From Piromyces finnis finn (taxonomy: Eukaryota > Fungi > Neocallimastigomycota): a stretch of DNA of 64,000 bases. The stretch spans positions 62,001 to 126,000 of the forward strand of contig MCFH01000041.1 in the NCBI GenBank assembly GCA_002104945.1, in the 5' to 3' direction. The position numbers and the translations under genes were made by a program. The notes beneath the pieces were generated by a model, which was given only the letters and a program-made list of their open reading frames with translations, made no database searches and had not been told where the DNA came from. Shown here one piece after another: positions 1 to 16,774 of the stretch. Each line of letters begins with the position of its first letter. Within the stretch, counting starts at the first letter, position 1.

Positions 1-2347
1 ATTAAAATTTTAATCTAAAATTTCCCTAAAATTTAAATTTTATATCCTTCACATAAAATTATTATAACTTTAATTTATTTGCTCTATTTTATTATCTCCA
101 AAAATGTTTAAATTTTAAAATTCTTATTTTTTTGTCATATAAAAAAAAAACAACTAAATATCTAAATTATTTTCAATGTAAAATGATGTTTGAAAATTAA
201 ATTAATTGCTATGCTATAAATTAAGTATTAAAATAAGGAATATAAAAGTGTCTTTTTATATATATGTATATATATATGTTCCATATTTATTTAAAGTTAT
301 ATATTTTTTTATTTACTAATAATAAACCAGACAATAACAATTTAAATTAATAAGTTTATTAATTATTCTTTCATTCATTAATTTAAAGGCATATTAGAAA
401 TTAAAATTAACAACTTTCCTTCAATGTTCTTCAATAAATAAATGTAATAATGATATTTAAAAATACCTATTATAAATACTAAAAAAAAAAATAAATATTT
501 GATTTTATTATTTATTATACTTTTGACTCATTTAAATAAATTATTCTTTATATTCAAATTTTAAAGATATTAAAGAAAAAAATAGTATTTTAAATACAAT
601 TATAAATATTTTATTTTATGTTATCTTTTAATAATATTTTATAAATATATACTTATTAAAGACTTTCAATATTGTACACTATTCGTTATTGTTTATTAAA
701 TCATTATTATGATTGGTGAAGAGTAATTATTAATATGTAAGAATAAAAAGGTATTATTGGCTAAATACAGATATATTTCCTTTATTATTTCTCTATAAAA
801 TAAAGTTAATGGAGTTTTAAAATATTATTTATTAAATAAATTAATTTTAATTTTGAATTATTTAAATAAATCTCCTTTAAAATATATATAAAAGTTTAAA
901 TTAGTGCAACATGTTTTTTTCATTTTTATATTATTAAACTTTAAATTAAAAACAATAAAAAAAAATTAAAAGTTATAATATCATAATTAATTATAATTTA
1001 TCACTATTTAACATGCAACATTAATTATATTAAAAAATTAAAATTTAGAAAGAATGATATAATTCATGATACTTAAAAAACCAACAATTAATTTTCTTTA
1101 CATATATATCATATTTTATCATAATTTTTATAAATGGTTTTAAATTTGATAAGATTTTTATTATTAAAATTAATATCTTCATTTTTTTTGAATCATTTTT
1201 CTATGATAAATTCTAATTTAATTTTAAAATATATTTATACTTAATTATAATAAATAAATTATGATAAAATAAATCATTTCAAAAAAAAAAAGAATTTATT
1301 TTGTGTAAATCTTTTTTTTTATAATAATACTTTATTATTGTGTTACTTTATCATAGAATATGATTTACTTTGGTAACTTTTTTAAATTTTATATATGAAT
1401 ACTAAAATATTATATTTCGTATTATATTATATATGTGTTATAATATAATATATTATTATATTTATTATGTTATAAATAATACATTGATTATATTATATTA
1501 AAAATTAATATATATTATTAAATAGTATTCTTTTTAATCTATTACTCATTTATTAAATTTTTAAAACTGTCCATTCATCTTTAAACCTGCTAATATATTG
1601 AAATATATTCCTTCAATTGTTTAAATATTTACTAATAGATATATTATTAACCAAAATCAAATTCATATAATAATATTTATATTAAATAAAGTTTTCTATT
1701 TAATTTTTTATATTAATAAATTGTAGTATTATATTATTTCATTTATTAGTATATACAATATAATATAATAATTATAAACTTTTTTGTTTTTTGTAAAAAA
1801 TAATTTTTAATAAACTAATTTTCTTAATATAGATTTTTTTTCTAACTTTTTTCTTTCATTTTTCTATTACTAAATAATATATTTATTTATTTATTTATAA
1901 TAAATCTAATTTAAACATATTCTTAATAACAAAAATTAGATTAAATATGGAATTATCAAAGAATTAATTTCAAATTATAAATAAGTGATATTTAATATAA
2001 ATTAAAAGAAAAATAAATAAAATATAAATATATAAATAATAAGAAGCTATTAATAAACATTTATAGCTCTATATTTTTTTTTACATTTTGTTATAATAAT
2101 ATAATATTTATTATTTATAGCAAATAATATATTGGCAATAAATAAATTTATACTCAAATAGTTTTACTTAATATAGATTAATTTAAGGAATGAAATAAAA
2201 ATAAAAATAAATAAATAGTAAATAATATACCTTTAAATTATTATTTATTATTAATATTAAAAAAAGTTAATAAAAACATTCATAAAAGAAGATAAAGTAA
2301 TAAAAATTTAATATTATCAAAAAATAATTTTAAAATAAATTAATAAA

Positions 2348-4053
2348 ATGGCAAAAATAACAATAATACATATAATACAAAAAGTTTTTATTTTATTATT
2401 AACTTTAACATTTGTTCAAGCTGAAAAGACAGCATTCATACAAATTACAAATTTTAATGGAGGAAATTCTGTAACACCAGGTAAATTTACATAAATCGAA
2501 TAATTTTTTTTTTATATATTTAAATATTTTATATTTTAATTTAATTTTAATATTTATTAACATAATATAAAAATGAAAAAAAAAATAAAATATAAATGAA
2601 AATGTCAGGACAAAGTATATCATTTAAATTTAAAATAATTCACACACCTTCTCCAGAAGATAATTCATTTGATTTAGTATTAAAAAATGATAGTAATACT
2701 GTTTTTGCAAAATTGATTACTGTAAGTAGTGATGATTATCAATTTAATAAAGACAATGAATACAAAGTTGAAAATGTTATTATTCCTAGTGTTTCAGATG
2801 GTAAATATAAATTATATGGCTATGTTGGTAATGACAAAGTATCAGAATCATATTCAGTATCTGTTAAAACTGCAAAAATAACAACAAAAGAAGCAATTAT
2901 AACTATTACAACTAAATCTATAGAACCTGTAAAGACTTCTGCTACTTCACAACCTTCTGGAACACCAAAACCTTCGGAGTCGATCAATCCTGAAAAATCG
3001 GAAAATACAAGTATATCATTTTTATTTTAATATTATTTTTATTAAATTTATTAATAGTAAAAAAAATTGAACTAGCCTTTATAATAGTTATTAAAAATAT
3101 AAATATAATATTAAAATTATATATAAAAAATAGTTATTACTTCAAATTCAACACAGCCAAATATATCAATAAGTGGTGAATATAATAATGGAAACTCAAA
3201 CTCTAGCTTCAATTGGAAAACATTTAATTGGAAAAGTGCTATTATAGTTGGATCAATTATTTTAGTTATATTAATTATATTTGGAATATTACTTTATTGT
3301 TGTATAAAGGATTCTAAAAGAAAAAGAGATGATAGTATTTATAAATTACCACCAGCTGTTTCGGAGCCACATCTTGTCTCTTCTAGCTCACCAATTAAAG
3401 CAATTCCGCTTCAATATAAAAATAATATCAATAATATAAATATAAATGAAAATAAGTTCTCCTCACCAATTATATCACCAATTGTTCATTCAAATTCTAA
3501 TTACAGCGATATATATAACCAGGAAACCCAGGGTTTAACGCAAACAACAAAAGTAAACAATATAGCAACGCCTGCAAATGCTTACGTTCGTGATACTATT
3601 TATTCAAATAACTCAGCATATATATCACATGATTCAATTGCACCAGAAGATGATATGTCAAGTCCATCCCCAAGTTATTATTTCCAAGTATTTAAACCAC
3701 ATCAAGTATATCGTGTACTTTATGACTTTGAACCTTCATTGGCAGATGAAATGGCAATTCAAGCCGGTGATATTGTAAGAACAGAGGAAACTTTTGAAGA
3801 TGGTTGGGCTTATGGTATCAATATGTCAACAGGAAAGAAAGGAACTTTCCCAATGAATTGTCTTGAAGATGATTTCGCTACAGATGCAGATTCAAGGTCT
3901 GCTGTTTCTGAACGTTCTCAATCTCATAACCGCCGTACCTCTTCATTACCAAATAATCAAAATTCACAAATAATTCAGATGATGTTGGATAATAATAGTA
4001 ATAACAATAGCCAAAGCTTTCAAAAATCATATTATACATCACAAGGTATATAG
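2348..4053 (+). CDS. Type-I membrane protein with C-terminal SH3 domain (Fus1-like architecture), 484 aa; exons 2348-2480, 2609-3010, 3134-4053
   Basis: N-terminal signal peptide MAKITIIHIIQKVFILLLTLTFVQA; two GT-AG introns join the ORF pieces in frame; S/T/P-rich stalk; TM segment AIIVGSIILVILIIFGILLYCCI followed by KDSKRKR; SH3 motif VLYDFEPSLADEMAIQAGD..DGWAYG..KGTFPMNC. Confidence 0.8.
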
Positions 4054-5903
4054 TATATATAATAATTTTAATGAAATAATAATTTTTAAAGTAATAATTT
4101 ATTAATTTTTTAAAAAAAACATTATTGTAAATATTATATATAGTTAATAATATGAAAGTTTAAAATAAATATTTAAAGAATGTTATCAAGAAATATAATT
4201 TTCGAAATATAATACAAAAGAAGTAAAAATTTCAACATTTGTATTATTCATATCAAATTAATATTCACATAAAATTAATCTCCCCAAAAGAAAAACAAAA
4301 TACATTTCAATTAAATGGAAAAATACTTTTAATTTTTATAATTAAAGTAATTTTGGAATTTATATTAAATCGAAATTTATAAAAATATATACAATATTCA
4401 TTAAACCATTAAAAAGAAGAAATGAAAAGAATATATATTATTATATTATGATTATGCTATTTCATTATTAATTCATATTCATGATTAATAAATTCCAATC
4501 TTTAGAAATTAGATAAAATAGATGAATATAAGTAAAAATATGAAAGTAAAATAAGATATAAAATAATAAAAATAGAAATAATTATGATATATTATATATA
4601 AAACAATTAGTTTCTATTTAATTTTTTAATGAGCTTATTATTAATATAGATTTAATTTTGAATGTTTACTATAGATAAAATACATTAAAAAAAAATGGAA
4701 AAATATTAAAAAATAGGTTTTGATTTAGTTTTATAAAAAAAAAAAAGTATAGAAAAAATGAAAGAAAGAGAAGAATACAGTTTAATTCCCCCTTTTCATG
4801 TACTTGCACTAAAAGTAATAATTGTAAATGGTATTGAATATTAAATAATAATATTTCTAAATAAATACTGATTAAATAATCATTAAATAAATTTTCTTTC
4901 ACCACCATTTTTTTTTTAATTAGAGTAAAAAATTAAAATTTGCCGTTGCGGCTATAAAAATAAAACTTATATAATTGAATAATTATAAAATGTGTTTTAT
5001 TATATATGTGTGCAAAGCAAATAAATTAATAAATAAATAAAAATAAAAATAAAATAATAAAATAAAAAAATAAAAAATAAAATGAAACTAAATCTTTTAA
5101 TATTGATATCATTGTTGTCGTTTACTATTATAATTGTTTTTATTATTTTACAAAAAATTTTGAGAAATATAAATTTACATTTTAAAAATCTTCATACAAA
5201 AAAAAAAAAAAAAAAAAAAAAAAACTAATCTATAATTATAAAATTTCAATTAAATAAAATAAAAACTTTAATTATAAAAAATTAATATAATTATTAAGAA
5301 TAATTTTAAATAAAGTTTATAAACATTTTTTTTTAAAATTTTAAAATATTTATAAATTAAAAGTAATTTTTTTTAATTATTGTATTATAATTGAATTATG
5401 TATTTAAAAAAAGTTTATTTTTCATTTTATTATACTAATTGATATTCAACAAAAAACAATTAAAATATATTCTTTATCATTAAAATATTAATTAATTTAT
5501 TAATGTTTATTTTATGAGAAAATTTTAAATTTACTAATATAGAAAAACAAATAAATAAATTAAAATCATCCCATAATTTCAAAAAAAATAATTAAAGGTT
5601 TTTCCATTTTTTTTATAAAAAAAAAATATAAAAATAAAAACATTATTAAAATAATATATATATAAATATCAAAAAATCGAAGGTATTTTATTTACATTAA
5701 ATATAAAGTTTGAGAAAGGAAATTTTATATAAAAGTTACTTAAAGGAATTAAAAATTATTATTCTTAATTACACCATATAATATATAGTATTAATATAAT
5801 ATTTAAATGTTTATGAGAAGATAATATTTTCATTCTATTTTGAAACGCTATAATTGCAATTTTTAAAAAATAGTTTAAAAAATATTTTATAATTGAAACA
5901 CCA

Positions 5904-10377
<4,474 letters not shown>

Positions 10378-10736
10378 TATATATTGAGTTTGTTTTTTTC
10401 TATAAAAATTAAAATAAATGCCTTTATTTTTTGTTATTTATTATATTAGTTTTACTTAATGTATTTGTATTCAACTTTTAAAAAAAAAAATTGTTACAAT
10501 AAAAAAATATTTCCAACTTGTTTTATAAAATAATTTTGAAATAAACAATAAACAAATATAAATAAAATATTATAAAAATCATCAGAAATTAATAATTTAT
10601 ATATTAAATATATTTAATATATTTCTATTAATTTAAAAACGTTATTAATAAAAATAAGAAGTTAAAATCATTTTTATTTTACTTTTAAAAACTAAAAGTT
10701 CTCCATAATTTTTAATATAATATATTTTTTTCATAT

Positions 10737-10762
10737 GTGAGCCACAAAACGTTTATGATTGG
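10737..10762. promoter_or_regulatory. Candidate nadA promoter elements GTGAGCCACAA and TGATTGG
   Basis: About 300 bp upstream of the nadA ATG; the same motif pair occurs in the same order in the RPS3 upstream region. Confidence 0.4.
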
Positions 10763-11046
10763 AGTTACTACAGAAAATTTAAAAAAGTTAAGATTTAAAT
10801 AATATACCCCATTAAACTTAACATATATTATATTGTATGTTTTATATATTAAAATAATAATAATCATTTAAAATTTTATAAATTTATAATCATATTCAAA
10901 TATTCGAATAATCTTTTGTTGATTATTAATAATTCATATATATTATAAATTATTTACTTTTATTTGTTATTTATTTTATTTTATTTTATTTCTTTTTTTT
11001 TTTTTTTTTTTTAGTATATTTTTTTAAATATAAAGATAAAATCAAT

Positions 11047-12516
11047 ATGCAAAGTTTAGTTACCAATTTCAGTAAATCATTTTTTAAACCAGCAAACTTA
11101 AGATTTTTATCAACAGCTGCTCAAAAATTCCCTTCTTTAATTATATCTGCTAATGAATACATTCCAAAAGGAGCATATGCTGAAAGACAAGCAGAATTCT
11201 TAAAACCTGATTTAAATGCTGTTAAAAAAATTGATGATGTTCTTAAACAAAAAAAGATCGCTGTAAATGCTCACTTTTACATGGATGCAGAATTACAAGG
11301 TATCATTACTGCTTGTCAAACTCCAAATGGTGTTTTCATTGCCGATTCATTAGCAATGGCAGATCAATGTGTTAAACAAGTTAAGTCTGGTTTTAAAAGT
11401 GTAGCAGTCTTGGGTGTTGATTTTATGTCAGCAAATGCTCGTGCAATTTTAGATAAAGAAGGTTTTTCTAATGTTCCAGTCTATAAAACTTCAACAAAGC
11501 CAATTGGTTGTTCTCTTGCCGAAGCAGCTGAAAAGGATGTATATAAATCATACCTTTTAACTGAAAAAAAAAAGGCTGGTAATTCACCAATTGTAAATTT
11601 AATTTACATCAACACTAGTTTACCATCTAAAGCTATGGCTCAAGACATTATTCCAACTATTTCATGTACTTCAGCTAATGTACTTCGTTCTGTTTTACAA
11701 ATTGCTGCCCAAAAACCAGATTGTAAGATTTGCTATGGTCCAGATTCTTACATGGGTAACAATTTAGAAGTTATGTTAAAGCATTTAACCACTCAACCTG
11801 ACTCTGAAATTAAGAAATATCATCCAGCTCATAATCAAAAATCAATTGCTAAACTTTTAAAGAATTTCTCTTACTTTAAGAACGGTAACTGTATTGTTCA
11901 CCATATGTTTGGTGAAAAGGTTGTCAATAATATTCGTGAAAATTATGATGATGCTTATATTACTGCACACTTTGAAGTACCAGGACCAATGTTCCAATTA
12001 GCTATGGAAAAAATCCAAAAGAATTCTGGTACCGTTGGTTCTACTTCAGATATCTTAAATTTCATTATTAACAAGGCTAAATCTACTGATGAATCCTTTA
12101 AGGTTGTATTAGGTACTGAATCTGGTATGATTACAAAACTTTCACAAATGATTCAAAAGACTTTAAAAGAACATGGTAGTAAGAACCAAACTATTGAAGT
12201 TATTTTCCCAGTTTCAAATGATGCTGTCACTGTTTCAAATGATAAGAAATTAGGTATTGTTCCAGGTGTTTGTGGTGGAGAAGGATGTTCAACTGAAGGT
12301 GGTTGTGCTTCTTGCCCATACATGAAAATGAACACTATTGATGGTCTTCTTCATGTTGTTGAAATGCTCAATGAAGGTAAAACTGAAGAACTTAAAGAAT
12401 ATGAAGTCAAAAACAAGATTTCTGATAATATTGTTGATAAAGCTTTGAAGCCAATTTTTGCAATGAGATATTTCCAAAAGAACAAAGAATTCCCAGAATG
12501 GGCTTTCCAATCATAA
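11047..12516 (+). CDS. nadA: Quinolinate synthase ([4Fe-4S] NadA), intronless, with N-terminal organellar presequence
   Basis: 489-aa ORF with NadA motifs AHFYMD, ADSL, LGVDFM, GCSLA (Cys1), CIVHH (Cys2), AHFE, GST, GTESG, GGCASCPYMKMN (Cys3). Confidence 0.9.
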   Translation: MQSLVTNFSKSFFKPANLRFLSTAAQKFPSLIISANEYIPKGAYAERQAEFLKPDLNAVKKIDDVLKQKKIAVNAHFYMDAELQGIITACQTPNGVFIADSLAMADQCVKQVKSGFKSVAVLGVDFMSANARAILDKEGFSNVPVYKTSTKPIGCSLAEAAEKDVYKSYLLTEKKKAGNSPIVNLIYINTSLPSKAMAQDIIPTISCTSANVLRSVLQIAAQKPDCKICYGPDSYMGNNLEVMLKHLTTQPDSEIKKYHPAHNQKSIAKLLKNFSYFKNGNCIVHHMFGEKVVNNIRENYDDAYITAHFEVPGPMFQLAMEKIQKNSGTVGSTSDILNFIINKAKSTDESFKVVLGTESGMITKLSQMIQKTLKEHGSKNQTIEVIFPVSNDAVTVSNDKKLGIVPGVCGGEGCSTEGGCASCPYMKMNTIDGLLHVVEMLNEGKTEELKEYEVKNKISDNIVDKALKPIFAMRYFQKNKEFPEWAFQS

Positions 12517-12701
12517 AATATAAATAATATCTAATAATAATAATAAATACTACTTAAAATAAAATATAATTTAAATTATTTAAAAAAAAGAAAAAAAAAA
12601 AAAAAAAGAAAAAAACTTTTATTTTGATTTTTTTAAAATATATATATAAAATATTTAATGTTAAGCTTTAAATATGTTTATAAATTTTATATAATATTAT
12701 A

Positions 12702-12746
<45 letters not shown>

Positions 12747-13349
12747 TTCAAAACTCTTTAAATATGTATTTTTTAGTTACTAAAAGCTTCTATATATTTA
12801 AAAATATTTGTTTATAAATTAAAACAATATAACAAAATGAAATATATATAATTAACAAATGTAATAAAAAACAAAATATAAAATATTTCAAATTCTATAA
12901 AAATTAATATAAAAAAGTAAATTATTATTAAATAAAATAAATTATCTTGTTATAAACATATTAAAAATTATATATATATAATTTATTATTTGAAAGAGTT
13001 TTTATGGACATAAGACTTAAATATAAATGGTTTTTTTTTTTTTTTTTTTTTTTTTTGTATTATTTTATTACTATCTTACAACTACTACTATTTCAGCCAC
13101 TAAAATATATTACAATTACAAAAATAATGGTAGAAACTTATTTGTAAATAAAAATATATTAATAATAAATTATTATAATATTTATCTTTATTATACATAT
13201 TGTAATAATGTATTTAAAATGTAAAATTTGATAAAAAAAAAAATTGCAAATATTGTTTTTATTTTTTTATTTCTTCATATTTTAAAAAAATAAAAATAAA
13301 TATATACAAAAAATAAAATAATAATAAAAATAATTTATAATATACGAAA

Positions 13350-14201
13350 ATGAATGATATTTCACTCTCAGCAATTACTGGTGCCTTTGATCCAGGACCA
13401 ACAGTTCAATTAAAAGAATTAGAAAGTGATCATATTAAATTTTCTTTATCAAATGTTGATCTTAGTGTTGCCAATGGTATTAGAAGAGCAATGATTGCAG
13501 ATGTACCAACAATGGCAATCGATTTAGTTGAAATCGAAACCAATACAACAGTATTAACTGATGAATTCATTGCACATAGATTAGGTCTAATTCCTTTAAC
13601 AAGCACAGATGTAGATAAGAATTTTGCTTATAGTAGAGAATGTAATTGCTCAGATTATTGTAATTTATGTAGTGTTGAATTAAATTTAAATGTCAAATGT
13701 ACTGAAAATAGAACAATGGAAGTAACTAGTAATGATTTAATTAGTCAAAATCCAGATATTGTTCCAGTTATTACTGACAAGGATGATCGTGGCATTATTA
13801 TTGCAAAAATGAGACAAGGACAAGAATTAAAATTAAAATGTATTGCAAAAAAAGGAACAGGCAAAGAACATGCTAAATGGTCACCAGTTTGTGGTGTAGG
13901 TTTTGATTATGATCCATATAATAAATTAAAACATACAACATACTGGGTTGAAGATGATGAAAAGGCTGAATGGCCTTTAACTGAAAATTCTAATGAAGAA
14001 CCACCACCTGTTGAAGGCGAGCCATTTGACTACAACGCAGTTCCCAATAAATTTTATTATAGATTTGAAACAACAGGTTCAATGGAAGCAAAAGATATTG
14101 TATTATCATCTCTTGATATATTGCAAAATAAATTAGATGAATTAAGAAATGAATTAAGAAAAGAACAAAGTATGAACCAACAACAAGATCAAATGTATTA
14201 A
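13350..14201 (+). CDS. RPB3: RNA polymerase II subunit RPB3, intronless
   Basis: ANGIRRAMIADVPTMAID, DEFIAHRLGLIPL, Zn cluster CNCSDYCNLC, AKKGTGKEHAKWSP, DYDPYNKLKHT. Confidence 0.95.
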   Translation: MNDISLSAITGAFDPGPTVQLKELESDHIKFSLSNVDLSVANGIRRAMIADVPTMAIDLVEIETNTTVLTDEFIAHRLGLIPLTSTDVDKNFAYSRECNCSDYCNLCSVELNLNVKCTENRTMEVTSNDLISQNPDIVPVITDKDDRGIIIAKMRQGQELKLKCIAKKGTGKEHAKWSPVCGVGFDYDPYNKLKHTTYWVEDDEKAEWPLTENSNEEPPPVEGEPFDYNAVPNKFYYRFETTGSMEAKDIVLSSLDILQNKLDELRNELRKEQSMNQQQDQMY

Positions 14202-14647
14202 ACAAGCTTATAAATTAAAATTAATAGTTAAATATATTTAACTTTATTTAATTGAAAATATAAACAACTTCACATACAAAATTAAATCTTCACATAAATT
14301 TAAAGAATAAATATAATAATAAAAAAATATTTATTTTATATATCCCTTTTTCCCGAAGATTTTATAAAATAAAAACAAATAAAAAAAATATTATACAAAG
14401 AAAATTTTTATTATTTCATAACATAAATTAATATAAAATTTTGAAATTTAACTTAAATTCAAAATTTTTATGATTAAAATATAATTTTTGATGTAAATTT
14501 TAACTTATATACAATTTTAAAATAATGATCTGATTGGTCGTGAATTTTGATTTTATCCAATAAATCTTATTTTAAAATTTACAATAAAAATAATTTTTCA
14601 TATGTACAATTAGTTCCCTCCTTTTTATATTATTTGAAAACGTCAGG

Positions 14648-15199
14648 ATGCCTGTATGTGTTATTTTTTTTTGAATGAAATAATGAATTATTATTTAATA
14701 AATATAATATAAAATGTCCATCCATTTAATGTTAAATATTTAATATTTAAACTATTTAATTTTATGAATTATTTATTGATGAAATCATAAATAATAGTTG
14801 GCCGTAGATCTTCTTAACCCATCAGAAGCTTCTGAACAACGTCAACACAAGCTTAAGAGACTTGTCCAATCTCCAAACTCTTACTTCATGGACGTTAAGT
14901 GTGCTGGTAAGAATTTTATGATTAATAAGAATTAAATTATTATTAATGTAAACGTGAGTATTAACAAAAATTATAAATAGATTGTTTACAAATTTCTACT
15001 GTCTTCAGTCATGCTCAAACTGTTGTTCTCTGCAGTGGTTGTGCTACTGTCCTTTCCCAACCAACTGGTGGTAAGGCTAGATTAACTGAAGGTAAGATAA
15101 AGAATTACAATTATAAATGAATATGAATAAAGCATATATATTAAGTTTATAATATCACAATTAAAAATAGGTTGCTCTTTCCGTAGAAAGCCAAACTAA
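14648..15199 (+). CDS. RPS27: 40S ribosomal protein S27 (eS27); 4 exons
   Basis: Spliced: MP|[36 protein letters not shown]|[37 protein letters not shown]|[13 protein letters not shown] introns; highly biased codon usage. Missed by the ORF track. Confidence 0.95.
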
Positions 15200-16468
15200 T
15201 AAAATAGCGTTTATTTTATTTAATAAATTCAATATAATAAATTAAATGTATTTGTGGTTAACTGAAATTACAAATCAGCCAAATAAATAATTTAATATAT
15301 TCAAATAATGATAAAAAATTTATAATATTTATTAATAATTAATTCGTGTTAAAAGGGTGTAAATAATAGTTTAGTTGAAAATTACTAAGGATTTTAAAAG
15401 TATCACTTAAATTATTAAATTATAATTTAGAGAAAAATATTTTTTATGGCTCAATTAAAACTATGCATTTTAACTATCAAATTGATAATTTGATGTAAGA
15501 TAAAAATAAATGTTTAAATGGATCAATAATTAAATAATTTCAATAGTGTTGATTGCTAAATGTAGCATTTTAAGATTTCTGATGAAAATAAGATTTAAAT
15601 AAAATGTAATATTATAAAAATTTAAAAGATATTTTGTTAATTAATTAATAATTATTTATTTAAATATTGTTTAGTTTTTATAATTAAATGTAATTTATTT
15701 ATCTTTTTTTTTTTTTTCTATTACTAATGTTAAGATACTAATTAGAAGATTATTCAATGCTTATGATTATAAATGAAATAATTATCATCACTTGTGAAAA
15801 CACAATAAATATCTATCTTGATAATTTTATTTATTATTTTAATTATTTTTTGTTTAATTATTAACTTCACATATAGCTTAGAAATAAGTAAATAATATAT
15901 ACATTTGTTCCCCTTAAATGTTAAAGACATTATTTATATTTCTATATTATTATTTTTATTTATTATTTAATATAGCAATATGTATTATCACCTAATATAA
16001 TGTAAATCGCAAATTAAATAAATAAATACAAGTGTACTATCTTCCTAGTCCAAAAAAAAAAAAAAAAAAAAAAACTTATAATAATATATTATTACTATTA
16101 TTAAATATTAAATAATAATTACTTGGGAAAAAAAATAAATAAATAAAAATTTAATAAGTACTATTGTTTTTATGTAATTAATAACAAAATAAATAAACTC
16201 TTACAGAATTTATTTATTCTTTATTTGTTATTCTTTTTTTTTCTTTTTTTTTTTTTTTTGACTACTTATAAAGTACTTAATATTGATAAATAAAATTTAA
16301 TGTTAAAATAATTATAAAAATTTTTATTAAGTTTATTTTATTGGATAAATATGTATAAATTATTTAATATTCAGTTTAAATAATTTTTCTTAAATTAGAC
16401 TTGTTTGAAATAAAGAAATATATACCACTATCTTATTTTTCTTTATCATACTTTAATATATCTAAATA

Positions 16469-16734
16469 ATGACAAGTTATATAAAATTTACAGCATTATC
16501 TGGAGCTCGTGATGATAATCCATTATGTTACTTATTAGAAATAGATGAAGCAAAAATATTATTAGATTGTGGTTGGTATGATACTTTTGATGAAGAATTA
16601 TTGAAACCATTATCAGAGTAAGTCATTTTATTGACATACTAAAAGAAATTTTTAATAATATGTTTAAATTTAAGGAAAAAATAGTAGACTAAATTATTAA
16701 TAAAAATGTTAATTCATTCTTATATAATTATCAT

Positions 16735-16774
<40 letters not shown>

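Noticed and set aside
1-2340. 2.3-kb gene-free AT-rich stretch as a possible decayed transposon
   Set aside because: No terminal repeats, target-site duplication or transposase/RT remnants were recognisable.
4669-4908. 79-aa minus-strand ORF between the SH3 gene and the kinase
   Set aside because: Low-complexity composition, no motif, and no convincing splice model.
15040-15065. RPS27 VLSQ instead of the usual VLCQ
   Set aside because: The four zinc-ligand cysteines (CADC, CSGC) are intact; the substituted Cys is not a ligand.
15488-15590. Possible C/D snoRNA downstream of RPS27 (TTGATGT...CTGA, small TGCTA/TAGCA hairpin)
   Set aside because: Imperfect C box, no terminal stem and no recognisable rRNA guide; such motifs are common at this AT content.
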